Shown here: piece by piece, positions 24,167 through 37,330 of the stretch | Numbering within the stretch: the stretch's first letter is position 1 | How the letters are laid out: every line of letters begins with the position of its first letter | Source: Octopus bimaculoides | Taxonomy: Eukaryota | Length of the DNA: 64,000 nucleotides | Direction: 5' to 3' | Assembly (NCBI RefSeq): GCF_001194135.2 | Contig: NC_068981.1 | Location: 85,674,566 to 85,738,565, forward strand | Program-made: the position numbers and the translations under genes | Notes under the pieces: generated by a model | What the model saw: only the letters and a program-made list of their open reading frames with translations | Databases searched by the model: none | What the model was told of the DNA's origin: nothing

Positions 24167-26871
24167 CATGTATAACAAATGTTGGTTGAAGAAATCTGTA
24201 TTGTGTTATAATCAAAAACAACAAAAATTAAGCACAAAGAATACGTCAGATATGACATAGAAAGATACAGAGTTAAATACCTCTTCATTAGCTTTTTACT
24301 GAAGTTTTATGGTTTCAATGCATTAGCAACAGGACCACTATTTTCAACAGTTAATGAAAGAATATGTATCCTTGTTTGTATTTTTTCCATGTCCTATTCA
24401 TTTGCTTAGTGTTTCTCTAGTGAAGATGCATGGCTTAGTGGTTAGGGTAAGTGACTCATGATCATCAGGTCATGAGTTTGATTCCTAGTGGCACATTGTG
24501 TCCTTAAGAAAGACACTTTATTTCACATTGCTCCAGTCCACTCAGCTGGCAAAAATGAGTTGTACCAGTAATTCAAAGGCCCAGCCTTGTCACATTCTGT
24601 GTCATACTGAATTTCCCTGAGAACTACATTAGGGTACACATGTCTGTGGAGTGCTCAGCCACATGCATGTTAATTTAGTGAGCAGGCTGTTCCGTTGATT
24701 GGATCAACTAGAACCTTTATCATCATAACAGATGGAGTCCCAGTCAATGTTTCTCTATTTAAACTGCAATGCAATGTAGATTTCTTGAACTAATATTGCT
24801 GCTTATATTTTTGTAACCATCTTCTTATCTGCTGTTTTCTTATTTCTTTTCTCTCACTATCTCTCTCTCCATTCTTCCATCCCCTTTCTTGTTTTCTCCT
24901 TTCTCTTATTCTTTTCCTCTCTTTTTCCTTCCCCTGTCTGATATTTTCCATTTGGAAAGCCTTTCTCTTTTCCCATGATCCTCGTGTATTCTGCTCCTTT
25001 TTGAACAAATATGGCAATAATTTAGAGAGAGTGGAGGTAGAGAATGAGAAAAGCAAGGAAGAGAGAGAGAGAGAGAGAACAAGTTACGAGAGACAGGATA
25101 AAGTTTATTACAAATAACAAGTTGTAATAAATACATAATAAATATGATACTTGTTAATTATGACTGGTATTGTTGTTGGTATTATGATCATCATATTTAT
25201 TTAAGTTGTGTCCTCTCTCCTGCTCCTCCTTCCATGCAGAGACATACTGCTATATTTGGTACAAGAATATAATCATTGGTGATTTGGAAGATGTCATGGT
25301 TTCCTATTATCTCTCTAACATGAGAATGGAATAAGGGAATTACTGTTGTTGTTGTTCATCTCATCTCTCCTCCCTACCTGCCCAACCATCCTCAATTTTC
25401 TGCCCCCTTCTGGCCTGATACCTCATTTCCTTTTTATCTTCTCTGCTGGGGTACCCATGTATCTCCTCTACAGCAAAACAGCTGTTCCTGTCCCTCTTTC
25501 CTGTTTTGGCCTCTACAACTAGAACAATGCCACTCTCTCAATATTGTATCCCGACTTTGTGAAGGAGTCTTCTCTTGCATGTCCAGTACACTCTGTAATC
25601 TGATTGGCATTAGGAAGAGCATCCAGTTGCAGAAACCTTGCAGAAGCAGATAATGGAGGCTAACACAGCCCTCAGGTTAGGTGGATCATGTCTAATTGTA
25701 CCCATGCCAGCTTGAAAGCAACGATGATGACGATTAGTTGTATTTATATGTTATTGCTAACAAAAACTTGTCTCTCCTCTCTTCCACTCTCTGAGGTATG
25801 AAAGCAGAACAGTTTGGCAAATATGTTTACTCAGTAGCAGAGTGGGGTACCTCTCTACTATCATGACAAGCATAACCAGCTGTGATTACTCGAATTACAT
25901 TTACCTGCTTCCTTTTTCCCCCACCTTGACTTCAAACAAAACTTTCATACACTTCAAACAAAACCTCCAATTTACCTTAAGCTCCCCCTCCCACCTACTA
26001 TCACATTCTGAGAAGTCCTGGAAATATTACGCAGGGAAGTGACTACTAAGCCTAAAATACTAACTGCACAGGGGAGAGGAGGACTCCATACCAACTAGGA
26101 GAGTAGTAAACCCGATAAAAATTTTGTACGGGGAAGATATGAACTTTGCAAACCACAACGAAGGTAACCTATCAAACAGTGCAGTAACTATGAATTAAAA
26201 TTGTTGCCCTAGGTGGCACACTAGCTATTCTCAGTGCTACCTGTTATTACACACACACACACACACACACACGCACGTAAACACGCGCGCGCGCGTATAC
26301 AAGTGTTACTTTAATAATTTGGAATCTGCAAAAGATAATATTCTCACAAACATAAATGTTTCGTTCGGCATGTGTCTGACCTCAAGATACAGTGTAATTA
26401 TATTAGTGACAATGTCACAGAAGTGCGTCGAAAAATTAAGACACTTCAAAAACTAGAAGTCAACGAAGTTAATATAACAGTTCTTGTGTCGTCTTAAATG
26501 GTTAAAAGGACTCATCCATGATGTAATCACTTGAAATTAAAGCAGATCATTCATTTTTCTTTGCTCTATATAAACTAGTGTTTCATATAAACTATAGTCC
26601 AGAGTATAAAATAAAAAGTCTTTTCTGGTGTAGTCCCAGTGCGAAGAAATAGAATACTAAATCTTGAGAGAAGTATCGAAGTAATTTGAAGTATATAAAT
26701 TATATATTACATCAATAAGTGTATTACCTATATCGAATATGAAACTGGGAGAACCATAATTCAACCGAGGAGTCAAAATATATATGTTGAGAGTTTATGT
26801 TAATTTAGTAGCAAAAGGTCCCTGTTAATAAATAAGTTTATTTAGATAGAAATTTTTGAAATAATCTTGCT

Positions 26872-26907
<36 letters not shown>

Positions 26908-27204
26908 CGAATTATATTCTTAAAATCCTCTTCATATTATTGTTTGAGCTAGGAATCCTGAAAAACAACATTTACTCCAATAGAATACGATCTCGATAAT
27001 ATAAACCCTCCCTATACACCACATATATATGTATAATATACACACACTTTTGTACCTAAAAACTAGAGATATATTTTATTCTCTCATCTTCTTTTCATCA
27101 TACTCGAGTATAATGTTAAACCTACAATATTTCCCTTTCTGGTTTTGCATCACATTTCACGCATTAAATCCGATAAACTATTGTTAGATGAAGTAAACAC
27201 TGGC

Positions 27205-27218
27205 GTTGCCATGGATAC
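27205..27218. promoter_or_regulatory. RFX X-box (GTTGCCATGGATAC; reverse strand GTATCCATGGCAAC) in the candidate CEP89 promoter
   Basis: Fits the X-box consensus GTNNCC-AT-GGNAAC; lies in unique, relatively CpG-rich sequence upstream of a ciliary gene. Confidence 0.65.
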
Positions 27219-28509
27219 CAAGTACATAGTCAGAAAACGGAGTGAAATTCATTACTCGTAAAAAAATAATAATTTTGACATTTCTGTGAATTACAGAAAC
27301 TTCTGATTTTTACAGTAAATAAAATCTTAATTGAAATAAATAATAATACCAACCATGGGGTATTTGCGATTTGTTTTAGAATGCTTGGTATGAAACATTT
27401 TCGCTAAATATAAATTAAAAGCTTTGCAGGACGAGAGTTGGCTGAGAATTAAATTTAGTTTTGTTTGTCTGGGGAGAGTCAAGGGAAATAACCCCCGAGC
27501 CACGTTTGTTTTGAAAACAACAGGTGAGACAGAAACCTTGATGCAGTCTATCAAAATGCTAGAAATAACAGGCAAACCTATCTCAGACATAAGAGATTGG
27601 ATAGTTTAGTCTTAGATACACTATATCTGAAACAAATCCAAGGTAGTTACTGCTTGGAACGCCTGTTCGATCAGGATTCATTTGAGATCGAAGGCNNNNN
27701 NNNNNNNNNNNNNNNNNNNNNNNNNNNNNNNNNNNNNNNNNNNNNNNNNNNNNNNNNNNNNNNNNNNNNNNNNNNNNNNNNNNNNNNNNNNNNNNNNNNN
27801 NNNNNNNNNNNNNNNNNNNNNNNNNNNNNNNNNNNNNNNNNNNNNNNNNNNNNNNNNNNNNNNNNNNNNNNNNNNNNNNNNNNNNNNNNNNNNNNNNNAA
27901 AATGCTTGAAAATTTTTGGAGCTTTTTTCATTCCCCTCCCTTCTGCACTGCCAACCGAAACTCCGCCAGATCAAAAAACAAAAATAAACGTGAGCGCGCC
28001 TGTTTCAATCGTTCGTTCTGCGATGGATCCCCGACACATGTAGTACTTTCTGTTATAGGCACAAGGAATGAAAATTTAGGGGACCCTAGTCCGCCTTATC
28101 TAAAAGAAGGTACTACAAGATGACAGAATTCTCTGCTAGTGACACTTATGTTGTTATTGTTTCATCCCAGATCAATGCTGATTGAACAAGACCTAAGAAC
28201 AAAGGCGTTCCAGTCGTGATCGTCTTATTTATGTAAGATTACATTAGCCATTTTTTTATTAACGTTAATGCGTGCGTTGAGAGAAATTTGGCTGTTATAA
28301 TTAGTAAATCAAAAGACAACATCGAAGCTCACTCGATGACTCGCATCATTCCCTAAATTACAACAGAGGTAGAACTAATGTTGAAGAGTGATGACACAAT
28401 AGTCTGCAATGTGAAGTTCAGTTTAGCTGCTTGAAAAAGTTATCACCGAAAGGCTAAAGTGCTATGCGGGAAATTTACCCCTCTGTTCATTTAATGTCAT
28501 GCGAACATG

Positions 28510-28878
28510 TTGTTGGCACTCCGTCGCTTACGACGTCGAGGGTTCCAGTTGATCCGATCAACGGAACAGCCCACTCGTGAAATTAACGTGCAAGTGGCTG
28601 AGCACTCCACAGACACGTGTACCCTTAACGCAGTTCTTGGGGATATTCAGCGTGACACAGAGTGACAAGGCCGACCCTTTGAATTACAGGTACAACAGAA
28701 ACAGGAAGTAAGAGTGAGAGAAAGTTGTGGTGACAGAGTACAGCAGGGTTCGCCACAATCCCCTGCCGAGCCTCGTGGAACTTTAGGTGTTTTTCGCTCA
28801 ATAAACACTCACAACGCCCGGTCTGGGAATCGAAACCGCGAGTCCGCTGCCCTAACCACTGGGCCATTGCGCCTCCAC
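28510..28878 (-). mobile_element. tRNA-derived SINE (same family as 11443), 10-bp TSD
   Basis: TSD tgcgaacatg at 28500..28509 and 28879..28888. Confidence 0.9.
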
Positions 28879-30105
28879 TGCGAACATGAAAAATCATACA
28901 ATGAACAAAACAGGGTGGGGGGGGGAAGGAAGAGGAGTNNNNNNNNNNACATGCTGTGAGTGACAGTCGTCTGTGTGTGTGTGTGTTATTTTTGACTGCA
29001 TTTGATGGATAGACCCTCTGAGATTGGTGAGCTCGAAGCCATTAATATTTTGTTTAAACTGTTGCATGTCAACATCTGCTCTGGAAAAATATAAACAAAG
29101 AGAAGATTTCATTGGACCAATGTTCTGGGGAGAAAGGACTGGACATTGTGGTTAGCGAGAAAGGAGAAAGTGGAGGCAACAAGTGTAATGAGAGGCAGGA
29201 GAAAGGAATGCATATGGAGTGCCTTAGTCAGAAGGAGGTATGAGATCAGCCAGCTCTGTTGAACAGAGGTCATTCATTAGGCGAACACATAGAGAGAATA
29301 CTCCAAACTTCTGAGTCAGAAGCTGAAGAATGTCTGTTAGTGAGTTAATGCCAGTGGCCCTTTGAATGCAGTACAGGATGTTATGGTAGTGTGTGTGTGT
29401 GTGTTTTCTCTTTCCCTCTCACACACACATTCCTTACTGATTGACACTTTATTCATACGAAAGCATTTTTGTAGTTTCCCAATTGATTTCATTTTAGCCA
29501 CCAATACCCCTTTAATGAACTTTCTATCCAAACTTATGTACAGACTGCATATATCAAGTCTTAAATTCAAGAAAAGCATGCTTACTATAAAAATTCGATG
29601 CCCAAGGCTAAATGCAAATTAAATGTTTTATTTTGTTAATAATTCCAGCTAGTCTTAAAATAGAAAGCTCTATGAGTCTAATCAATAGCAATAGTAAGAG
29701 CAATTTCATTATGTAACCACTTGTTTAACGCGTTTAGGTTCTGTGTTCTTTTGTAAATAAAATGTCTCAGCTATTCACCTAGAGCAGCTATTTTGTAACT
29801 TACTATATTTAAAGTCTGAGAAAGTATCATTATAATAAGAAAAAAAAGATTGAGAGACTTGGTTATTGAGCAATGTAAGACACAGTTTGAGATTATTTAT
29901 TTAGAATTACTGTTATTTTTTTTTTCAGGTTTGTTTAGTTAGAGTGGCACAAAGTAGGCAAGTAATCTAGATCTATGTAAATAGAACATTTATATGCATA
30001 TAATTATTCAAACTTAAGTGGTCAAGCAACTTTCTTTGCAGCTCCAAACACGTAGTCAATGCCAGTTGATTTTTTTTTTTTGTTTTTGTCACCCTTTTTT
30101 TGTCA

Positions 30106-30138
30106 CCCTAACCCTAACCCTAACCCTAACCCTAACCC
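30106..30138 (-). repeat. Interstitial telomeric tract (CCCTAA)5
   Basis: Five perfect units plus ccc. Confidence 0.95.
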
Positions 30139-30629
30139 TTTTCAAGCCACTTTTGGTTGTATGATACAAACTTATTGTTTTAAAATGATCTAAATTTAAA
30201 TCTTTCATAAACTTTCATGCTATATTCCAAACGCTTGATTAATAATGGTTTCAAATTTTGGCACAAGGCCAGCAATTGTTTTGGGTGTGTGGCGGGGGGG
30301 TCAATTTCATTGATCGCAGTATTCATTGACCCCAAAAGGATGAAAGGCAAAGTTGAACTCAGTGAAATTCGAACTCAGAATGTAAAAATGGGCAAAATTC
30401 CAATGTGCTAATAATTCTGCCAGCTCACCACCTGAAACACCTGATTAATAATGACAGTTATTTTACTAGATACTACATTATTTTTGAAATTAATTGGTAA
30501 AAGGCAGTGTATTTCAACAGAAATATAACAAGTGTTAAGGAAAATATTTAAAAGTTTGGATCATGAGTATCATTATAAGCAATGAATTAACCCCTTTGGA
30601 TAAGAACAGCTGTTTAAAGAAGTGCCAAT

Positions 30630-31100
30630 CTCTAATTGTGAAGGGAACCTGTGAAAGAGGTGACCCAGGAAGATGTAGGATGAAGTTGTGAGAAAGGATC
30701 TTCAGATTCTGGGCTTCACTGAGGAAATGACAAGGGACTGGGAGTTGTGGGGATTTGCTGTACTTGAGAAGAAACATCAAGCTAAGTAAGATCGCAGCCA
30801 TCCATACATACAGGCAATACAGGCATGTCCTTTGCAGGTGCCGGTGTCACATAAAATGCACTCATGCTGGTGCCATGCAGAATGCACTCGTGCTATTGCT
30901 ACATAAATATGCCCATGCCAGTGGAATGCAAAAAAGCACCCAGCACACTCTATAAAGTAGTTGACATTAGGAAGGACATCCAGCTGTAGAAACCATGCTA
31001 TAACAGTCAACTGGAGTCTGGACAGCTCTCTTTTTGGCCAGTTCCTCTCAAACTGTCCAACTCATGCTAGCATGGAAAACAGATGTTAAATTACGACAAC
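30630..31100 (+). mobile_element. Old 5-prime-truncated RTE (ORF end and 3-prime UTR)
   Basis: Parallels 22310-22860 (gaacctgtgaaagaggtgacccaggaag...catgctagcatggaaa). Confidence 0.8.
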
Positions 31101-32619
31101 AATGACCCACCTGAGACTGTCCCTGGTCTTTTGATACAAACTTGTTGTTTTAAAATGATCCAAACTAAAGCCTTCCATCAAAACTTCCTGCTAATTTTAG
31201 CTTTAAGCACCAGTTTAATAATGACAAAGTTATTTTACCAAATTCTTCATTATTTTCAAACTTAATCGAAACAAAGGCAGCATATTTCAATAGAAATATG
31301 GTAACAAAAGGGATATCGAAATTCTTTTTAACAAAGTACAAAACTAATGTTCTCAGCATAAAACATGCAGCCAATTGAAAAAATTGTATTATATTTATTC
31401 ATCATTTTTATTTTGACTACTATGTTTAAGATTGTAACATAAGATATATATTTATTTCTGATATAGAGAGGAAATTCTAAGTATTTTAACATTGTAGAAG
31501 GTTACCAGCAAGTCAATGCTTGGATGTGTCTGATTCCTGGCCAAGCCATTTCATATCACTTTTTTACTGTACCACCAGTTTCCAGTTGAAAGCAATAGCC
31601 TATAGGAGATTGGGTCCTTTTAGACTCCTATGTACCTGACAAACTACCTTTTATTCTCGTCATCAAAATTACAATATCAGATAGAAATGATAGTGTTGCT
31701 TAATTCTTAGCAGTAGACATTAGAAATCTTCTCTCTCCCACCTCTTCTTCTTTCTGTCACTACCCTATTAACTTAGGAAAGTTAACAAACATCCTCATTA
31801 AATATCTCCCAACCAAAAAGCATTGAAACAAAAACTTATAACATGACAAGGTCTATTATATCATATCAAAGAGAAGTATTCTAATTTTGAGAAATAGCCA
31901 GTAGTCAGATACAATCAAGAAAAAAAAATGCTCAGTAAAAAATAGCTTGTAAAGATTCCCATGTTTACAAATGATAACAATGACTGAATATATTAAGTTT
32001 TGGAAAAACTTTGGGAAAACTATTGAAACTTGTTGCTTATGGTCATTATCATTAAAATTGCCCAGAACTGAAAGCACAGAAAATTTCAGGTAGCATTGTT
32101 TAAAAAAGTCAGACCATGAATTAGTAAAGAAACTGAAGATTAGAAAAGAATTACGCATTCTGTGTCATAATATTAGTATTGGTTATTCTTATATAACTCT
32201 GTGTGTGTGTGTCCTTGATAAACACTAGAAGAAAGTAGCAAATAAAGAAAAATATTGAAGTGAAGTAGAGTAAGTCAATGAGAAGAAAAGAACAGTATTG
32301 CCACTAAACACAAACACATCTGAAAGAGTCATCAGACTGATGGACAAAAATTCAACCATCAATACATTTCAGACACAAATTCACAGATGTGCACTTTCTT
32401 CTCTCCGACTCTTCCAGTGATTTCTATGATGATAGACTGCTTTAAACAAGCCAAAATATATGCTCTCCTTTTATTCAGAGTTACATGCTACCAACTAGAG
32501 GAAGCCCTAGATAAGAGCTGAGAATCAGGTAAGTATCTTAGATAGATGATATCTCTTGATACAGTGGTAGTAAACCTTGACCAGAGACAATATTCTTCCC
32601 TGGAATTTATAAATTCAAT

Positions 32620-33500
32620 ATATTGAGTCATCCCATAAATAATGCGACTTTTTATACTGCTTTTATTTTTCAAAATTAAGATAAACAAAGTTCTTTTTTA
32701 ATCTAAAATATACTTTCCATTTTCTACAATGCTCTCCCATCTATCTAGTAGACTTGCAAGGCCCCTCTTCCAAAATTCACTTGTCTGTGATGAAAAATAC
32801 TCCTCAAGTACTGTCCTGACTTCATCTACAGAATTCATATTTTTTCCATCCAAATGATTTTGCAGATTGCAGAATAAATGATAATCAGATGGGGTGATGT
32901 CCAGCAAATATGGTGGGTGGGGCATCGTTTGCCATTCAAACTGCTCCAGCCTTTGGAATGTCCTCCTCACTGTATGTAGCCGAGCATTATCCTAATGGAA
33001 GAACGCCTTTTGTCTTGAAACTCAAGCTGCTTGCAGTAGAACTACTTTATCATTTGGTTTGGGTTTAAAAGTTCAAAGTGGACTAAATTTTTCTTATCCC
33101 ACCAAACAGATAACAACATCATACATGGGTGAAGACCTGCTTTAGCCTGGGGTGCTGGTGTTTCTCTTTTCCCTGCCCACTGTCTTCAGTGCTTGACGTT
33201 TTTATAGAGAACTCATTTCTCATCACCAGTCACTATTTGGTCCAAAAAATGTTCATTTGTGAAACGTGACTGCAAACAAAAGTACACATTCACTCTCTGC
33301 ATGGGATTAGACTCAGAAAGTTTGAACCAATTTTCTGATGGCATACAGATGGCGATGAATGATTGAATGACCAAATTCAAGTGTCTCTGCTAGTTCCTCA
33401 ACAGTTATGATAGAATTTTGTTCCCCCAGAGTTTGCAGGACATCCTCATAAAGCTCTACAGATCTTCCAGGACGAGGCTCATCTTCTAGGCTGTAGTTTC
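32620..33500 (-). pseudogene. Mariner transposase fossil
   Basis: PHPPYLLDITPSDYHLF (YSPDLAPSDY decayed), WKRGLASLLDRWESIV; a GDEK-like motif (tggtgatgagaaatg) near 33215. Confidence 0.9.
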
Positions 33501-34473
33501 AGTGCTTTTGTTATACACCAGAGATTGACATAAATGCATTCACAGACATTTTCCAGTTTCTGACCCACATGTGTGGTTTTTCTCTCTTGGCTTTTTTCAA
33601 CCACTACTTAGAAATAATCTCTGCTCCTTGGAACTGATTGATCTTGTGCCATTTCAATTCAGGCACCTCTAACTTACTTGTCTGTCATTTTTTTCATCAA
33701 TCCCCAGCTCCTGCACTAACAACTATACTAAGTCCTGCCTCCTCATAACACTGGTCCTATGGAATTCCCTTCAAGCTCATATCTTTCATGCAACTTGCAA
33801 CAATTTATATGAAATGTTGACTGTGTGAATTTTATCTCAGAGTGCCTGCAAAGGCTCCAAGCACTACCTTTTCATTCAGACCTATCGAGTAAAAATGAAA
33901 AAAATAAAACAAAGATTCTCATATTGGCTGCAAATTTGGTTTATCAGCTTTATCGTCTGACCAACATGAAAATACACTAAATTCTAAATGCAAGGAAAGT
34001 TCCTTTAGTGTCTTGTTCCTCCCACAAGTTTTAAAATTAAACTAAGAAACTCAACTACACTGTACATAACATCAAATTAAATATTGAGTGCAAATAAGGG
34101 AGTAAAGTAATAAAAATATAGATATAATTCTAAAATATCACAGTTGATAGCCAGTACAAAACTTGACTGAAATGCAGCAGTACAAAATTTAGAAGGAATA
34201 TTTTTTAACATACTGTATTTTAATGTGTATAAGGAACCTACTAATTTTGGGGGTTTTAAATTTGGAAGAAAGGTTTTGTAAAGGATTAGGTAAGTTTTGA
34301 TAAGAGCACCTGCACTTACTGGGTAATGTGTTTCATTTTTGTGTGGGAAAAAAAGAGAGAGAGAGAGATGAGAGACTATGGATATAGTAAGAAAGAAAAG
34401 GCTCTCTAATAAAGAGAGGGGAGACATAAATGAAATTAAAAATGTATAAAATCATACTAATGAGATGCTTTTC

Positions 34474-34515
<42 letters not shown>

Positions 34516-34654
34516 AACAAACAAACAAATGCATAGTACTGTGGAAGAGAAAACAAGTGTTTGTTTTTTCTTAAACGCACAAGATATAGTATGTAAATTA
34601 AGGATGTTTTTAAAAGATACAATATTTTCTCATTAGAATATATGTAATGAGTCT

Positions 34655-35292
34655 ACTCATGCCCACTTGTCTTGATGGCCACTGTTTTGGCCACTTTTTG
34701 AATCAGTTTTGTTGGGAGGAACATCAAAGGTAAGTGGAACTTCGTCTATATTTGCTATGTTACAAAGTTGGTATTGTGTAAATTAACGATATAAGAATGA
34801 AACTGAAGGATCTTTTCTTCATAAGAATCAGACATCTTCTGAGCAAGCTTGGTTCTTTGACTCACACCATTCCTCTTTATGAAACGGAAGCACCAGATGG
34901 GCATGCCTTTAAAATCAGTTGTTTCTTGTCCTTCCTCTTTGCTCTTTTTTTATCTCCTTAGCAATTCTTCTTCTTTGATTGATGAGTATCTTTGTTGAAA
35001 CAAATGCACCAGTTTGCCTTTGGCTTTTGACCCAATGTTTGAGTTTTTCCTCCAGATTTGGCCACCTTGTCTTTTTGCCTTGTGCTGCTCTCTTCATCCT
35101 TGGCATCTGTAAAAGTTCATCTTTGTGCTTTCTCCACAGTCCAATCATGGCAGCCATAGGAGGAAGCCCAAACTGTCTTGTTGGAGCTTTATTTCCATGC
35201 TCCTCTGCAAACTTAATCACTTCCAAGTTGAAATTTGCAGGATATGAAATGCATTTTTTATTCTCGGACATTTTTACGTTAATAGTAAACAA
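34655..35292 (-). pseudogene. pogo/Tigger-family transposase fossil (Brinker-type DBD, CENP-B HTH, start of DDE_1)
   Basis: SYPANFNLEVIKFAEEHGNKAPTRQFG, RWPNLEEKLKHWVKSQRQTG; downstream KVAKTVAIKTSGHE. Confidence 0.85.
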
Positions 35293-36157
35293 AAATCTAT
35301 AAAAAAAAGTAATGCAGGATCATTTAAATAACAGTAGACAATACCTAAGGTTGTGTCTCAGTTGAATTTCCATATTTGGAAATCCAAGAGTGAGCTGCAT
35401 TGCCATATATGGCTATTGAGCATGCTTGCTGTTTCTGATATGTTGTATGACCTCTGTATGAGGCGTAAGCTTTTAAAAAACTGTAAATGTTTGCACTTCG
35501 CTCGCAATTTGGATCTCTTCAGATCCCTCAGTTCTAAATACAATATAGAACTCTCACGTTAATACAAAAATACGGATCTAACAGTCTTAGTGAGTACAAG
35601 TAAGTACTGTTTGGCAGACGATTGTCGTTCGTAATGGCCGCTATATGCGTGTGCCGTTGCTTGAACGGATAGCAACTCATCCATTAAGACGTTGCAACCC
35701 GTTGGGTGTTGGCCTGAGGTATGCGCTGTTGTAAGTCATGGAGATTTGAGATTCGAGGAATTAAATAATTCATTAATATCTATAATATAACCCATGTATA
35801 AGAAACTCCCGTATTTTTTAACCTAATTTTTTATTAAAAAGAAAAGAAAAGTGGCTATCCTTATACACGTTAAAATCCGTAAATGAAAATATAACATCTA
35901 TAAGTAAATTTGAAATGCCATGTGCCAAGGGACACTAATAAGAAAAAAAGGTCCGTACTCAATCAGCATGATTGTCTCCCTTACATTAAAGCTTAAAGAT
36001 AAATTCAATTGTTCGCTAATGACACGATAATCTTATTAATTTAAATATTAAAATTAAAAAATAATAATTTGTGTCATACTGCAAGTATTCTATTTACTGA
36101 TTTTAAATTGTTTCAATGAAAAAATTGTGTCTATGTGTAAGAACGAAAAAAAAAAAA

Positions 36158-36283
36158 AACGAGAGTGAGTCAGTAATGCAATCTTTATTTGCATTACTTT
36201 TTTATTTACTTTCCTGTATATGAGAGTAAGTAAAAAAAAGTAATGCAAATAGAAATTGCATTACTTTCTGATTCACCCTTATA
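36158..36283. mobile_element. Fold-back mariner-derived MITE (about 50-bp arms, about 15-nt loop)
   Basis: Left cgagagtgagtca-gtaatgcaatctttatttgcattac versus right (reverse complement) aagggtgaatcagaaagtaatgcaatttctatttgcattac. Confidence 0.75.
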
Positions 36284-36299
36284 TAATGAACATACTATA

Positions 36300-36776
36300 T
36301 AACGTGCGTGCATGGGCGTACTGTTGAAAAAGACCTCATGATAACAAATACTAACATTACAACAGACTTCTCTATTCTAAGAGAGAAACTAGAGATTGTA
36401 CAGCTATTTAAATATCTGGTGGTAGTCATTAATGATAAAGGGGTGAGACTAGAAGTCTTTGCAAGAACTGCAGAGGCAATAACTTCCCAAATCAAACCAA
36501 AGCTATTATGGAGAGATAAAAACATCACCAACAAGAGTAACATTATACTCCTGCATTCACTGGTACTCTCTCTTTTACTTGTTTCAGTCTTTTGACTGTG
36601 GCCATGCTGGAGTACCGCCTTTAGTCGAGCAAATCGACCCCAAGACTTATTCTTTGGAAGCCTAGTATTTATTCTATCGGTCAATTTTGCCGAACCGCTT
36701 AAGTTACGGGGACGTAAACACACCAGCATCGGTTGTCAAGTGATGTTTGGGGACAAACACAGACACACAAACACAT

Positions 36777-36818
<42 letters not shown>

Positions 36819-37330
36819 ACAATGGGCTTCTTTCAGTTTCCGTCTACCAAATCCACTCACAAGGCTTTGGTCGGCCTGAGGCTATAGTAGAAGACACTTG
36901 CCCAAGGTGCCACGCAGTGGGACTGAACCCGGAACCATAGCCACTCCTGCGCCTACTCTTCACTTTCTTGTATACATGGATGTTTGTAGAGTTCAGAGAA
37001 AGGTAGAGGTACAAGTAAGGAAATGCTTCCACAACAACTTAGACATTTCATATTTAGAACACATCACAAATGAGCAAATTCATATAACAGTACAGCAGCA
37101 CAGTGATACACACAGAGATGAAGAAAAGAAAGCTGAAATGCCAGGGCCTTTTGAGATGGAACAAAATTCAAGAACCTTCAAAAACCATTCTTCAAGGAAA
37201 TGTGGTAGGAGAAAGAAGGAAGCAGAGGAAAATCTTACTGGACAACATCATGGAATGGCAAATAATTAGCAGAGACCCACAAGTTGGGCACATAGCTATA
37301 ACAGATAGAGAAAACTTGTGTACAGTATAT
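36300..37330 (+). pseudogene. LINE RT C-terminal fossil split by a family A SINE (36563..36955)
   Basis: EIVQLFKYLVVVINDKG...LLWRDKNITNKSNIILLHSLV before the SINE; KCFHNNLDISYLEHITNEQI after it. Confidence 0.7.

Noticed and set aside
26900-26965. Candidate CEP89 start exon (frame reading EDFKNIIR, reminiscent of human HFKHIIH)
   Set aside because: That frame has upstream stops and no ATG, the ATG frame stops after 7 codons, and the phase does not join exon 20235. The start codon is left unresolved.
27424-27609. 61-aa ORF in the promoter region as a divergent partner gene (human CEP89 is head-to-head with FAAP24)
   Set aside because: No ATG start, no resemblance to FAAP24 as I recall it, and no downstream coding exons found.
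28894-29620. Exon-like minus-strand segments (RADVDMQQFKQ...; LGHRIFIV...)
   Set aside because: Acceptor-like sites are present, but there is no recognisable homology, no consistent phase chain, and one runs into a microsatellite and gap.
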